NCBI RefSeq assembly: GCF_009914755.1 | Contig: NC_060932.1 | Source of the DNA: the human T2T-CHM13v2.0 reference genome, Homo sapiens | DNA length: 64,000 nucleotides | Strand: one strand, 5' to 3' | In this document: in pieces, positions 17,110 through 32,365 of the stretch | Layout: each line of letters opens with the position of its first letter | How positions within the stretch are numbered: the stretch's first letter is position 1 | The notes under the pieces: model-generated | Told to the model about the DNA's origin: nothing | The model's input: only the letters and a program-made list of their open reading frames with translations | The model's database searches: none | Program-made: the position numbers and the translations under genes

Positions 17110-18049
17110 TCATCTCTGAATCCGTGGTAGTCATTTATTGAGCACGTGTTTTAGTGAGCATGGCATGGCGCTGGCTCCGAGATCACAGTGCTGCCGCCCT
17201 CCTTCACGTTTCTCTGACCTTTCATGGGAGTCACATGCAGACGCATCACTTGGTATAATTATACGTGGAGGAATGAGCAAGAGGAGGCTGGCGACGGGAC
17301 TGCTTTAAAAATCCCTTCTTCTGTGGATAATAGGCTAATAGCGGGGTGTGCTTTAGAAGGTGTGGCCTCCGCCAAGGGCATGGGAACTGCATTTGTAGAA
17401 GCTGGGAGGACCACACCTGGCTTGGGAGACGGCATGGGTTTCTGAGGTGCCTGGCTCCCTGGCCTGTCCAGTGTGGACAGCTTACGCGCAGCTAGGTGAA
17501 ATGATTGTGCAGTTGCTGAGGGATTGGGTGGCAGAGCTGGACAGAATTTAGGTCTTCTAACTTGGAACAGGGCTGTGTCCATCTTACCTAGGTGTACAGT
17601 TTGGGGAGCACTGCTGTTTGGTCTAGTGAGACACACTTGGTGTAAATATCTGTGCCCTGTAGTACCCAGATTCCAAGGGACCAGAGAGCATGCCCGCACC
17701 CACGGGCTGGGGGGAGCCCAGGTCCTCCAGGGCTGCTGTGGAGCATGGGCTTCTTGGTGCCCAGTCCTATAGCTGAACTTGGGCGGCCTCTGGCTGTTGC
17801 CCCCAGGGCTGGTCTCCCTATAGTTCAGAGGCGAGCCAGCTCTCAGCAGCAGGGAGGGCCTTTTCCATAGTATGAACTTGGCCACACCAGACCAGTCAGC
17901 AGTGTCGGGAATCTTGGCCCTCAAGGTCCCTGCCTAGCCCTGGCCTGGACTTCAGCACTGGTCAAAGGTCCCCAGAGCTGCCCTTGGCTCTGAGCAGGTG
18001 AGTGAACTTCCCAGAGCACTTTTGTCTGGGCCTCTGTGCCAGTGTAAAC

Positions 18050-18570
18050 TGATAATAGTGATTTCCCTGCCCCACCTCTCTGCCAGCTATCTAAGTTTTC
18101 TTTGTTACATAATCAGGATTAATTTAAGCAGCCTAGGCCATCCATTTAGAAATGGTTAGTGAAGAAAGGTGAATGGGGAGGGGTCAGAGTCCCTTAGGGG
18201 GCCACCAGGTGCGAGTCCCCTTGCTCTTTGGGGCCTTGGTTTCCCTTCTGTGAGTTGGGGCAGCTGAAGGGAAGGGCTGCTCAGGTGGTCCTGCCACATC
18301 CCAGTGTTGTGTCTAGTGAGTACAGGTGAGAGTGCTCCCAACCAGGGCAGATCCTGCTGCTAGGCAGTGAGTCAGGAAGGAATTGGTAAAAATGACGTCA
18401 TTGCTAAGAATGACGTCTTTTTTGCTGTTTATCCAAAGGAAAAAAAAAAAAGCAGAAATAAAAGCAGCAGGCAGCTGTCCACCAGACCCCATGCAAAGGG
18501 CTTTTCCTTGAATCCTCACAGAGACTTTAGGCAGTAGGTGCCATTAGGAGCCCCACTTACAGATAAGAAA
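18050..18570. promoter_or_regulatory. Candidate intronic enhancer (GATA, PAR-bZIP/CEBP, AP-1, ETS, double CRE motifs)
   Basis: TGATAA 18050, GTTACATAAT 18104, TGAGTCA 18368, AGGAAG 18374, AATGACGTCATT 18391, TGACGTCT 18411, AGATAAG 18561. Confidence 0.5.
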
Positions 18571-19970
18571 ACGGGGGCAGAGAACTGAAGTGAGTCGCCC
18601 AAGGACACACATTGAGGAGGAAGCAACAGAGCTAGGATTTAGATACAGAGGGGTCTCCAAGCCTGTCCTTCCAGCTTTGAGGTCCTGGGCCTATATATTC
18701 CATCAGAAACTGAAAGGTGTGTTGGGGGGTACCTAGGGTCAGGATGGGGTTTTATTTCTGTCCCTTCCTTGTGATGCTGCAGGGACTGTGACCTGGAGTT
18801 CCCAACACCAGTGCCCTGTGGCTGGTAGCCTCCTCCTGGGACTCCAGGATCTATTGTTTGATTTAGCCATTTTCTTCTGTAGTCCGATGGGAGGGATTCA
18901 ATTCAAACCTGCAATACTGTTCTTTGGGCCATACAGGCCATTTATCAGCAAGTAGAGAAAAACACCCACACCTTCTAGCAAGATTAAGCTAGTTCTGTGG
19001 TTCTTAATGATAATTTAAGCCATTTTGATTAACCTAGGTGGTGGTTTTCTCCCTACCAGGTAGGGAATATACTGGAGCCTTTCTAAAAATAGTTCCGGTG
19101 AAGATAAACATTTATTGAGTACCTACTGTACTCCACTAGGTGAATACAAGGATTTCTCGTTCATCTCAGGAAGCATGGTTAGGGGATTTTACAGACGAGG
19201 GAACTGAAGTTCAGGGAAGTTAAGTTACTTATCCAAGTTCATATAGCTGAAAAATAGAATAGGATTTCGACCTTGTGGTAGGTGGAAACCGGGGTTGTCT
19301 TTGTGCTCTCAGGCATGTGGCTGGCGTGGGGTAGAAGCTCTCTATATAATGGTTGAGTGACTGGATGAGCTTCAAAGCTGGTCCCTCTGGCTTTTCCTGC
19401 TACCCCAGGCCACGTGCCCAGAAGGAACGCTGTCTTACCTGGGAGGTCTTTATTGACTGTTTGACGCCCTTCCCATCCTATCCCAACCCCTTCCCCATGG
19501 CACCTAGTTTCCCCAACCAGAACGTACGTTACTTATGGGCAGAGACGGTCTTTGAGCATTGGGTGGGTGGTTGAACGCAGTTTCTTTGAGATTCTGTGAT
19601 TGGGATTTTCAGCAAAATATGGTAGCAAGTTGGTCAGAGGGGCGAGTCTGGCAGTGGGGGAGCCCGGGCAAGTCTAACTGTTTGCTCACTGGCAGAACAA
19701 AGTTGGGGAGGTTGGAGGGGTAGGGGAACTGAAAGCAAAAGAAAGCTCACAGGGAGCCCCATCGTGCAAAACCGATGATGGCAGAGCTGCCGGGCTGCAG
19801 CGTGGAGCGGGGCGGGAGCCTTGTGTGGAGTCTGTGAACATACTCTAGGTGCCTGGATACTCCTCTTATCTCCCCACACATGGGTTGATGTGCATGTACG
19901 GTGCTTTGATGTGGACTCTTGTGTTAAATTTGTTCTGCGCAGCTTTGTGACGCTTCAGTGAGTGTGTCTA

Positions 19971-20306
<336 letters not shown>

Positions 20307-23083
20307 CCAACAATTTTGAGGATGAGGCATTTCTTCCTTACTTATGAGTGGGATGTTTATGGGCCGGTGACATTGACAAGGCTGGCAGAGTCAAGGGGAG
20401 GCCCTGGGTAGTCTAGCTTACTAGCAGTGAATTCAGTTCTCTCTTGAAAGCACCGTGACTGTTGGAATATTTCAGCCTTAGCCTTTGAATACTGACGGAG
20501 TGCCAGGCTTTCGTCTGTCAAGATGCCCCTCTGTGACCTCAGCTGGTTAATGTCTCAAGCGCTTCTTTAGGAGACAGAATGGGTTGGTATTGAACCAACC
20601 ACTATTGCCCAGTCTTGTGATGACCAGGGTTGTGGAACAGATAAGTTGTGTGACCTCCACGGGTCAGGGCTGTTGACTTTGCCTGTAAGTTACACTCTTG
20701 CAGCTGGGCATAGACACAGTCCTCAGGGGTTTTGTGGACATTAACAAGTAAGGATTTAGGTGACTCTGACATAGGGTCTTCCCCAAGGTCAGGCACAGAG
20801 GAGGTGGCATCCATGGGACTTAGCATGTTGTAGAAACAGAGCATATTGGGACAAAAGGGAAGTTGAAGATCACCTGGGATCCTTTAGCGTCCATCCCTTT
20901 GTGAGAGATAGGATAGCCTAGTTGTTAACAGCATGACTCTGGCCGACCGCCTGGCTTCTTTCTAGTCTTCCTTCTGTACTTTGTGACCTTGAGGCAAGTC
21001 ATTTGGTCTCTGTGCCTCAGTTTCCCAATTTGTGGAATGGGGATAACTGGTTGCTAATATTGCTGTTTTTATTGTTATAATTATTTTGTAAATAGAAGGG
21101 TTGAAGGTTCAGGGAAGCAAGTTGATTGACCTGAGGCCATACAATGTATCAGTGCCAGATGCAGGATGAGAAAGAACTGTGACTCAGGCCCTGTCCCTCT
21201 TACCAGGGCAGGGCAGGACAGGGAAGCTGGGCAGGAGAGACTGGCAGCTCAGTTCCCTCTCCAGTCCAGGGTAGTCCCTTCCCTTTCTGTCTCGCAGTGA
21301 GGTCACCAGTTGCACTCATGAAATCTTAGTCCTGTTATCTGGCATCTTTGGAATTTGCCCCACCTGTAGGGCAGAGATAACTTAATCCTTTTTGGTGGGC
21401 CACATATGGGATATTCTGGGTGTGTTCTGGGTACACTGGGCATGGGCCAGGCACAGACCCTTCCATCCATTGGAGGCTTTTCTAGAGAAGGGGTGGAGAC
21501 CAGATTGGGTTCCTAGGGTCGGGGGATGTGGGAATGGCACCCTCTGAACTACAGGCAAGGCTGGGAGCTGCTGCCAGTGGGCGGAGAGGGAAATCTAACT
21601 GGTATGTGATGTTAGTGGTGGCCTGGCAAGCAGCTGTAGCTTTGGAGAGAGCGACCAGCCTGTCCAGGGGCCTGGTAGGGAAGGCTTCTGTTGCACGGCC
21701 TGTTGCTTTCTCTCAGATACTGGAGAGCCCATCTGTCTTGCTTACTGCATGGCTTTTCATAGCTCCCATCATATTGCTGTTGGGTGCGATTCATAGCCAT
21801 GGAAGACACCTGATCATAAAGTAAATTCCACACACTCCAGCAAGGTATTCAGGGCCTTGCATGGTCTAGCCCCACCCTACCTTTCTTCCAGCAAACAATA
21901 ATTGATCATCTAAGGTGGCAGCTTCTCTCCTAAGTCTGAGGCTGCTTCTCTACCCTCACCTGACTGCTGTCTTCTCTGCACACCAGACCTTCCGGCCACA
22001 GGTCCTCATTCCCCAGATGCACCAGCATGTTCACATCCTCCTGCAGCGGGAATTGTTTTCTTCCTCTCCATGCCAAATTTGTCTTTTTCTTTCCCAGTCA
22101 AAGTAACATATGTACATAGTCACAAAATGAAATAGTGTAGAAGAGATTGTAGTGACAGCTCTAATTCTTACAGCTTGACATACTCTTCCTTTTTCTAGGT
22201 GGCTGTTCAAATGGCTTCCTTCCAGCCACCTTCTCCAGGTTGGATGTGATCTGGACTCTGGATCTCTACCCTATAGCACATCCTGCTGTGACCTATTCCA
22301 AGGAGAAGGGGGGTTTGGTGCTGGGGCTTCTCTCCTAGGAGGCTGAGGAACTTGGTTATTGCTATCTTAGCAGAATTGTTATTTTCTACCAAATGTGCAA
22401 TGAAAACTCTTCACTGAGTCTTTTGCCCCTAGCAATAGCAGTGCTTCCTGAAGCCCCAGTAGACCCTGAAGGTTTCAGGACTGTGTCTGGAGAGCATCAG
22501 TGACAGGTGGCAGGAATCCTCTGTGGTCCACTTCAGAGGCGGCAGATGACCAGGAGGTCAGACTGTGGCTGGTCTTTTCAGAAGGACAAACGTGACCCTT
22601 CTGAAAACTGGGACCATTCGGGGACATTGGTGGAAAGACAGAGGAGCCTTTATGGTTTGTTCTCACACATATGAATCCACTTTCTCCCCCCTCCAACATC
22701 AGGGTGACCTGAACGCTGAAGGAAGTCTAGGCCTTCCTGTAGGTGAGGCAGGGAAAGCCACGTAGACCTGATTTAGTTGAAGTGTTTTCCACCAGGTCTC
22801 AACTCTTCATTTTGTCTTGGTATAGCTTTTCTGGCTGACTTTCTAGCAAGCTGGTTGGGCTCTTTGCTTGTTCCAAAATGGTAGTTTTCACCAGAGACTT
22901 TTCAGATGAGCAGGAAGCTTTTTTCAGAATGTATGTTCTTCTAACTCTGCTTGAGTCCCCCGCCATGTATTCTGATAGGCATTTGTTTTCCCACCCCATC
23001 CCCCACTTTTTTGAAGTGGGGGCAATGACTACTTTTAGGGGAATCATTTTTCTGTTGCTGGTTTCAAAACATTAAGAGCACCA

Positions 23084-23593
<510 letters not shown>

Positions 23594-23713
23594 TAGGGAT
23601 AAAGTTAGTTATACTCTGAGAGCTGCAGTTAAAGGATTATTTGTGCTGCTCTGCTCTTGCCTGCGACGTGTGGGAATGATGCTGAGTGATGTCCTCCTGC
23701 TTATTTTGCATGA

Positions 23714-24004
<291 letters not shown>

Positions 24005-26191
24005 AATTTTGCATGATTTTTACATGGCTTTTCAAAGGGCCAGGGTGGGACTATCCAAAGCCCTGTTAAGAGTCCCTCTTCTGTCAAGGAGCCTAGGAAG
24101 GGAGCAGGTTTGAGTGAGGAAGGCTGGTGGTTTTGGATGGGGAACGGGTGGTTTTGGACGGGGAGTGCCAACGGTTTTTGTGTGCGTGGTGCTCCTTGAT
24201 GTGGTCTGGGTTTCTGCATTTGTAGTGTGTGCCTTCTAAGGATGCTGGAAGGTGAGACAGGGCTTTCCAAGGCCTAGATGGGGTTTGTGGCTTTACTTAG
24301 GAAGACAGTCCTTTCCATAAAGCGTGGTGCCAAATGCTTTTCCTCCTGGGCCTCCTGCTGTGATTTGTGGCGTGGAGTTTCAGTGAGGGAGGGCTCTGCA
24401 GGAACCAGCTCCTTGGTCTGATCCTTTCTGGACAATTGTGGATGGGAGTTGGCTTCTTGGTGTCTTGAGAGTGTCCTCAGCAGACCCCAGTGAAGCAGGA
24501 GCATAGAGCTCTGGATGGGCTCATGGTGGACATGGGAGAGCTGCTGGCCAGGGGGCTGCAGGGTGAGGCTTGGAAAACAGAGAGGGGGCTGGGCTTGGCC
24601 CCGCATTTTACTGTGGTTTATTTAGTGAATGTCAGTGCTAGCTGGGGACAGTTGACAGACAAGAGAAAACACTGGTTTGATTTTGAATTCTGAAGCAGAC
24701 ATTGGGCAGCAGAGGCTAACATTTGGCATTTATCCTAAACTTTCGAGGTGCCCGAGCCTTATTTCCTTTCTCTGGGAGAAAGTCTGGAACAGAGACGGTG
24801 CGGAGCAGCCTCTAGGGCTCAGCCCTGGGCCCCCCTGGAGTTGTGCTGCTCATGGTATCACAGTACTTGTTTGTTTCCTGTTTGTATCCCCATTGCACCT
24901 GGCTCAAGGTAGGTGTAAGGCAAATGCTTTAGAATGAGCCAGTGAGTAGATTTCACATGATCGTCTCCTCAGTCCTAGAAATGCCACGTGAACTTTGAAC
25001 ATGGAAAGTTTTTTATTTTTGAGAGATTGGAGAGGTGGGAGTTACAGGCTGTCTCCAGGTCAGGCAGGGAGTCAGTGGCTGAGTTTCTGATGCTACAGAT
25101 GGCTGGCTTGGGTGGCATGACCTCTGCAGGACCCCTAGAAGGGCCTGAGGCCCACTACCAGGCTCAGCTTGCCCCCTTCTCTTTTCTTTTTTGGTCCTAG
25201 GCCTGGATCAGAGGCTCCTTACCCACAGGATCTTGGACAAGTCATTTTCCTTCTTGGGCCTCAGTTTCCCATCTGAAAAGGCAGGGGCTGGGCTGGATGT
25301 GGTCTCCCTAGGGCCATTGTTGCTTCTGTTACATGATCCCGCCAGCTCACCTGGGACAGAACGTGCATTTTCCACTCTCCCTCCTCCCCGCAGTGAGAGA
25401 ACGGGCCAGTGAGACAGGCCTTTCCTGTTTTGTCATCTTAGGGGAGAATTGGTGTCAGGGGCTGACCCTTCACTTTGTTCTAGCTTTGCTAGGAGTTTGT
25501 GGAGACAGTGGATGCAGATACAGACAGAGTTCATATCACTGGGAGTTTCACTGTCCTGGAGCAGATCTGGAGCTGGAGGGGACTTGCTCAGGTCACACTG
25601 GGAGTGGCAGTGTCAGGCCAGAGACCCTTGTCTCTTGATTCCCCGGGCAGGACACGTTTCTCCATCCTGCAGGCAGGTGCAGAGGAGGAATGCTTATTCA
25701 TAGGCAGCACGTGAGGGCTCCTCTCAGCTGCTTATTTGGCACCCTCTTTCCCCTCCAGGGGCCAGCCACACAACCACCTGCCTCCGGCCTGCTCCCCACA
25801 CAGTTGCCAGAGGGGTCTTTCTGACTCTCTCTGACACCTGGATGTTCTTGGCACTTGCTGCTTCAAGGGCATAGGTTCCCATTGGCTACGGCTGTGTTTT
25901 CACACGTGTGTTTGGTCAGGTGTCTCTGGTTATTAAATGAGACAAGGCTTGCATTGCTAAAGACAGAGGTTTAGGAAGTGCCTTGGAAAACCAAGTGAAA
26001 CAGGTTTCTTTCCGGAAGGATTTCCCAGAGGCTTTAGTATGGTAATGTGCTTATGCATTTCCAAGAGGGGAGAACTAAAATGCAAACGTGGAAACTGATT
26101 TTACCGAACAGGAGGAGACTAGAAGCTAGGTCTTGGGCAGGAACTGAAACCTGGACAGGAAAAGAAATTTGTGAAATTCTCTGTCTCCGGT

Positions 26192-26246
26192 TGTGTGTGT
26201 GTGTGTGCGTGTGTGTGCGTGTGTGTGCGCGCGCGCGCGTGTGTGT
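26192..26246. repeat. (TG)n/(CG)n alternating purine-pyrimidine tract
   Basis: tgtg...gcgcgcgcgcgcgtgtgtgt. Confidence 0.95.
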
Positions 26247-26329
26247 TTATTTTTAATCTCTGCCCTGTCTCTGCATCCTGATTCATTCATTTCCTTTTTC
26301 CTCCTCTCCACCCTCACTTCCTTTTCTTG

Positions 26330-26790
26330 TATTTTTAAAAATTGTAGTAAAATATACATAACAAAATTTCTCATCTTACCCATTTTTAAGCATACAGTCC
26401 AGCGGCATTAAGTACATTCATACTATTACACAACCATCAGTATCATGCATCCACAGAACTCTCCTCATCTTGCAAAACTCAAACTCCTGTACCCATAAAA
26501 CAAGAACTCTCCGTCCTGTTCCCTCCTCACCCCAGCCCCTGGCTACCCCCATTCCACTTTTTGTCTACAAATTTGACTACTCTAGGCACCTCATATCAGT
26601 GGAATCATACAGTATTTGTCTTTTTGTGACTGGCTCCTTTCACTTAGCATGCTGTTGTCAAGAACTATCTATGTTGTAGCCTGTGTCAGAATTTTCTTTC
26701 CTTTTTTAAGGCTGAATAATATTCCACTGTATGGATATATTACATCGTGTTTATCCCTTCATCTGGTGATGGACACTTGAGTTGCTTCCA
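26330..26790 (-). mobile_element. L1 3' end fragment (L1MB-like)
   Basis: ttgtagtaaaatatacataac...ggctgaataatattccactgtatggata...ggacacttgagttgcttcca. Confidence 0.85.
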
Positions 26791-26894
26791 CTCACTCCCA
26801 GATGTTTTTTCCCCTCTCTGATCCTCAAGGAATAGAAAATGCCCAGCCTTCATTTTTACATTTTACAGGTAGTGGAGCTTTAAAAAAGAGAGTA

Positions 26895-27160
<266 letters not shown>

Positions 27161-27599
27161 ACTAAATTGATTATTGTCTCTCTGGCTGTGGCCACTTCTG
27201 CCTGCCTTCCTAGCCGCCTGCCTTCTGCCTCTCTTGCCTCTCCTGAGGCTGCTGCAGGGTTGATCCCTTCTTGCCTCTTCCTTACACTCCTTCGAGGCAC
27301 CCTGGTGGTTCGTTTCCTCCTCCTGTTATCATACACTTTCCTTGTTTTTCCCCATTGTTTTTTCTCCTCTGTATCCTGGTGCCAACCTCAGTGGGTGCTC
27401 CCTGCAGGCAGGTGGAAGAAATGATGGTGCTGCAGGATGAATGAGGCTCTGGCCCCAAACTTGGCTGCTGTGGCTGCAGTGGTCCCAGCGGGGGCCTGAC
27501 CAGGCCCATCTCTGCGCTTCTGGGCCACTTGCCTCTGTCTGGGGCTTGTGTCATTAACTAAGACCTGCCCTTGAGTAAACCACCCTGAGGACAGAGAAG

Positions 27600-28081
27600 T
27601 CCACTGAGGTGCGGTGACTGAGGCAGAACTCAATCTTTTAGAGGTTTATTCTATCAGGGTTGAGGATGCACCGGGGAAAAGAAACACAAGTTATAGTAGG
27701 ATCTGTGTTCTGTGCTTTTTCCAAAGAGGGCTCTGGTAACGTCAGTATTTAAAGGGGAAAGAGCAAGCAGGAGGGAGAGAAGAAAAATAAAAGACGGAAG
27801 GGTAGGCATTAGGCAAGTGGTACCATTCTTGTGAGGCTCTGATTAGCACTTAGTGAATCTGCATTTTACATGTGAAAAGAAGGGAGTTGGGGAAAGTGAA
27901 TCATGGTCTTGCACTCAGTAAATCTACGTTTTACATAAGATAAAGTAAGCTTATGAAATTAGAGCTGTCTGTTTGGGAACAAAAAGAAGGTCAGTTTTTG
28001 CATGACTCACTTCCCAAGCTTAACTTTCTTTTTCTTTGACATAGTGAGTTTAGGGCCCTGAGGTTTTATTTTTCTTTCACA
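27600..28081 (-). mobile_element. ERV1 (MER4-group) solo LTR; left boundary uncertain
   Basis: Ends ttttatttttctttcaca (reverse complement tgtgaaagaaaaataaaa, a typical MER4-group LTR start). Confidence 0.65.
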
Positions 28082-30044
28082 GCACAAAGATACCCAGTTG
28101 ACCTTTTTTTTTCATAACAGAATGATGCATTTTGGTTCAGTAGTGTTTCCTCCAACTGCTCTACCCCTAATTTAAAAAGGGGAGGGGGTGAGAAATCAGT
28201 CCCAAATGTCCCTGTAAGTTTTGGTGTGATGCCAGCCTCCAACTGGCTGACATGAGCAGTTTTGTAAAGGAGAGACCCTCTTGATGGCTTCACGTATATC
28301 ATGGGGTGGGATGGGGACAGTCATTATTGACAGCCAGCCTGTGCCAAGTGTTTCCCAGCAGCTCTCTGGGCGATTATTCCAGCCAAGGATGGCCATGCCC
28401 TAAGGTTAAGGAACCTGCTTGAGGTCCCAGAGCTGGAATTGAGATTGACAACCTCAGGCTGGGTGGCTGTACAGCCTGGGCACTCTCTGTGCCCCCTGCC
28501 CTCACTCAGCCACTCCCTCCATAGGTCACCAGGGGTAATTCCCTACTGCCCAGGCAGAGGGCTGGGGCTGGAAGGGGTCTAGATGGTCACTTAGTGGTTC
28601 CCCAAGCTGAGTCCTGATCAAAATCATCTGGGGAATTTTAAAAAGAAAAAGAAGACTTGAATCAGTGTGTGCTAGGGTGGTGTCTATGGATGGGTATTTT
28701 CAAACATTTCCCGGGTAACTCTGATCTTCAGCCCCTGCTCTGATCCTCCCTTTCATTTTCCAGTCCAGGACACTGGGGACCGGAGAGATGAGATGCCGTG
28801 ACCAAGGTCACTGGGTTGTAGCCAGAGCCAGCATCAGGTCCAAAGTGCGATCTCAGTAGCCAGTTCTCCATGCTCTGTGTTTGTTCAGACTGCCAGCCCT
28901 GCTCAATGGGGCTCTGGAACTTAAGGAAGGCCTTTGACCATAGGCTGGGCTTGCAAAACCTTGGTAGGACCCTGCCCTTGGCTGGAAACCTCAGGGCTCC
29001 AGCCAGGGCTCATCCCCAAGAAGATACACTGCCATTCTCCAAAGTGTGGGGGCCTCTCCCCTGAAGGGCGCTGCCTGGAGCCACCTCTTGTTCACAGGCC
29101 CATGTTAGGCCCCCTGGGACAGGTTGCCTTGGCTCCATATGTGGTTCTGCAGATCACACCCAGGCTTGAGAAATGCGGTGACACGTGAACTTTGCATTGA
29201 TGTGAAAAGGTCCAAATTAAAGGTGATGGCAAGCACAGCTAAGTCCAAGAAAGTGTGGCTCCTATTTAGGGGTGGTGGGCTAAGAGACAAGACACAGTAC
29301 CCTTTCACCCCGGTGGGTATTCTAAGTTGGGTTAGTTTGTTCATCAATTCATTCATTCAACAAATATTTATTGGGTTCCCAATAAATCATCTTACTGGTC
29401 CTTGGAGATCTGCTGTGAACAAGACAAACACAACCCCACCTCTGTGGCCTGCACAACCCTGGAAGGTCACACACTAGAACCCTATCACTTGGCCTCTCCA
29501 TGAATCACCGTCATGTAGCCCCTCGACAGGGGACTCTTGTGTTATTACTGACAATATTGATGGTTTTAGACACATATTATCCCATTTAATTTTCCCAACC
29601 ATTCTCTCAAGTGGGGAAACTCAAACTTAGAAAGTTTAATGACCTTGCCCAGGGTCACACCATGAGTGATGGCATCTGAATTCAGCCCCAGTTCTCTCTG
29701 ATTCCAAAGCTGGGGTTCTTGACAGCCACATTGTACCACCTGGTACCCTTGCTTTTTGTCAGGGGCAAGTATAAGAAGAAGGCAGGTGACACGTGAAGCT
29801 TTATTTGCTCTAAAACTTGAGCGATTTCATATGTCCTAAAGGAGGAGTTTTGCCTCTTCCTTCCCAGCATGAACACTTGGCATGGTGTGTACATCTTCAT
29901 TCGTTTGGTCTGGCCAACAGCCACTCGGGAGCTGAATGAGGTGTTGTGACCATGACCTGGGTATTCTCTTGGTTCAGATACCTTCTTGGTTGGCACATTC
30001 ACTTTCTCGTCCTTCCCTTGGTCTTTCTTGCTTATAATATATCC

Positions 30045-30350
<306 letters not shown>

Positions 30351-30563
30351 TAATGTATCATCTTATTAAATCAGATCAAATCCTTTTTGAAAAGACTTAA
30401 AATTGAAATCACTTTAAAAAACGAAAGGATGCAGGGCTACCCTCCCTGGGACCCTGGGGCCCAGGTGTCTTGGCAGCTGCCTTGGGCTGGGCCAGAAGAT
30501 GTTTTTGCCAGTCTGTGGTAGGAAAAAGGGTGCAGAGTAGCGAGTTTTTAATAAAGCTAAACT

Positions 30564-30877
<314 letters not shown>

Positions 30878-31326
30878 TTAAAGTACCATTTTATAATCAG
30901 AGGTAGTCTTCCTTACTTTTTTTTAAGCATTAAAAATGCCCTTTCTTTTACAAAATCATGTTTGTGGTGGAGGGCAGTGGTGATTGTTGCTTATATTGTT
31001 ATTGTTTTTGCGTCCTTTCTGGGCAAAATAAAAAGTTTGCCTTGGTGTGTCCATTTCCTTTGTGGTTTTAATAGCTGGTGAAATCTGAACTATGAAAATG
31101 ACCACTAATTCAGGTGATTGGTTTTCACCGTTCCTCCAAGCCCTGGGGTACCTGGGGCTCTCTGTCCCGGTGAGTGAGAGGGAGCCCCAGAGAGTCCTTT
31201 GCCCATCTTCAATCAGAGAAGCCCTCCTTTTTTATATGTAGGATTAGATTTTTTTTATGATTTTGTTTGGAGATAAAAGGATACCCCTGCCAAAAGTTGA
31301 AAAGCTTCTCCTCTAGGATGTGTGTT

Positions 31327-31435
31327 GGGGGGGAGTGGGGGAGGGAGGGAGTCGGGGAGGGAGGAAGGGAAGGGTGGGAGGAAGGAAAGGAGGGAGGCAG
31401 GAAAGAAGGAAGGGAGGAAGAAGGAAGGAGGGAAT
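31327..31435. repeat. Purine-rich (GGAA/GGGA)n low-complexity tract
   Basis: Direct reading. Confidence 0.9.
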
Positions 31436-31498
31436 GTAGTGACTTTGGTGGGACTGAGCCATGGTGGATCTTCTACTTGGCGAGTATTTCTTGCCTAC

Positions 31499-32177
31499 TA
31501 TACTAGTCAGAGTTCTCCAGAGAAACAGGTAATAGGATGTGTAAAGTCTACTTGGGTTTGTAAGACCAGCCTTTGGTTGAAGACCTTCCTTGGGTCCTAG
31601 CAGACAGAAACCAGGAGAGACAGAGACATCTATATCCGGCTACATAGAGAGGTTATCTGTCTAACTCTCTGCCTGTTCTCTATCTATATCTGTCTGTCTG
31701 TCTGTCTGTCTACCTACCTACCTGTCTCTGTCTGTCTGTCTGTCTACCTACCTACCTATCTAATCTACCTACCTACCTACCTATCTGTCTGATCTACCTA
31801 CCTACGTACCTACCTACTTAGAAATTGAGAGATTTACTTTGAGGATTGACCCACATGATTGTGGGGACTAGCCAAGTCCAAAATCTGCAGGCTGGAGATT
31901 TAGGGAGAGCTGATGTTACAGTTTGAGTCTGAAGGCAGTCTGGAGGCAGAATTTCTTCCTTGAGAGAGACCCAGTTTTTTTCTCACGAGGCCTTCAGCTG
32001 ATTAAATGAGGTGTATGTACCCACAGTATACAGGTTAATCTACTTTATTCAGAGTCTACTGATTTAAATGTTAATCTCATTTAGAAAATCCCTTCATACA
32101 TACATCTAAACTAGTGTTAGATCAAATATCTGGGTACTGTGGCTCATCCAGGCTGACCCATAAAATTAACCATCACA
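31499..32177 (-). mobile_element. MLT2-type (ERVL) LTR with an internal compound tetranucleotide STR (TCTG/CCTA, ~31680-31820)
   Basis: tagtcagagttctccagagaaacag start and ...cataaaattaaccatcaca end. Confidence 0.85.
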
Positions 32178-32287
32178 CCTGTGCAAGCGCTTTTCCCTCC
32201 TGGATGGTGTCCTAGGGATGACAGAGGAGGGGAAAGCCAGGTCTCTGCTTCAAGGAGACAAAATTATGCATACGAAGAAATTAAGAA

Positions 32288-32365
32288 TGCTGCTGTGTCT
32301 GTGGAGTAGCCATTCTTTTATTCCTTTACTTTCTTAACAAACTTGCTTTTACTTAAAAAAAAAAA
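32288..32365 (+). mobile_element. Tiny polyadenylated retrocopy of an LTR (MER41-like) 3' end
   Basis: 13-bp TSD aagaaattaagaa (32275-32287 and 32366-32378), A-tail, and body tggagtagccattcttttattcctttactttctt. Confidence 0.75.
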
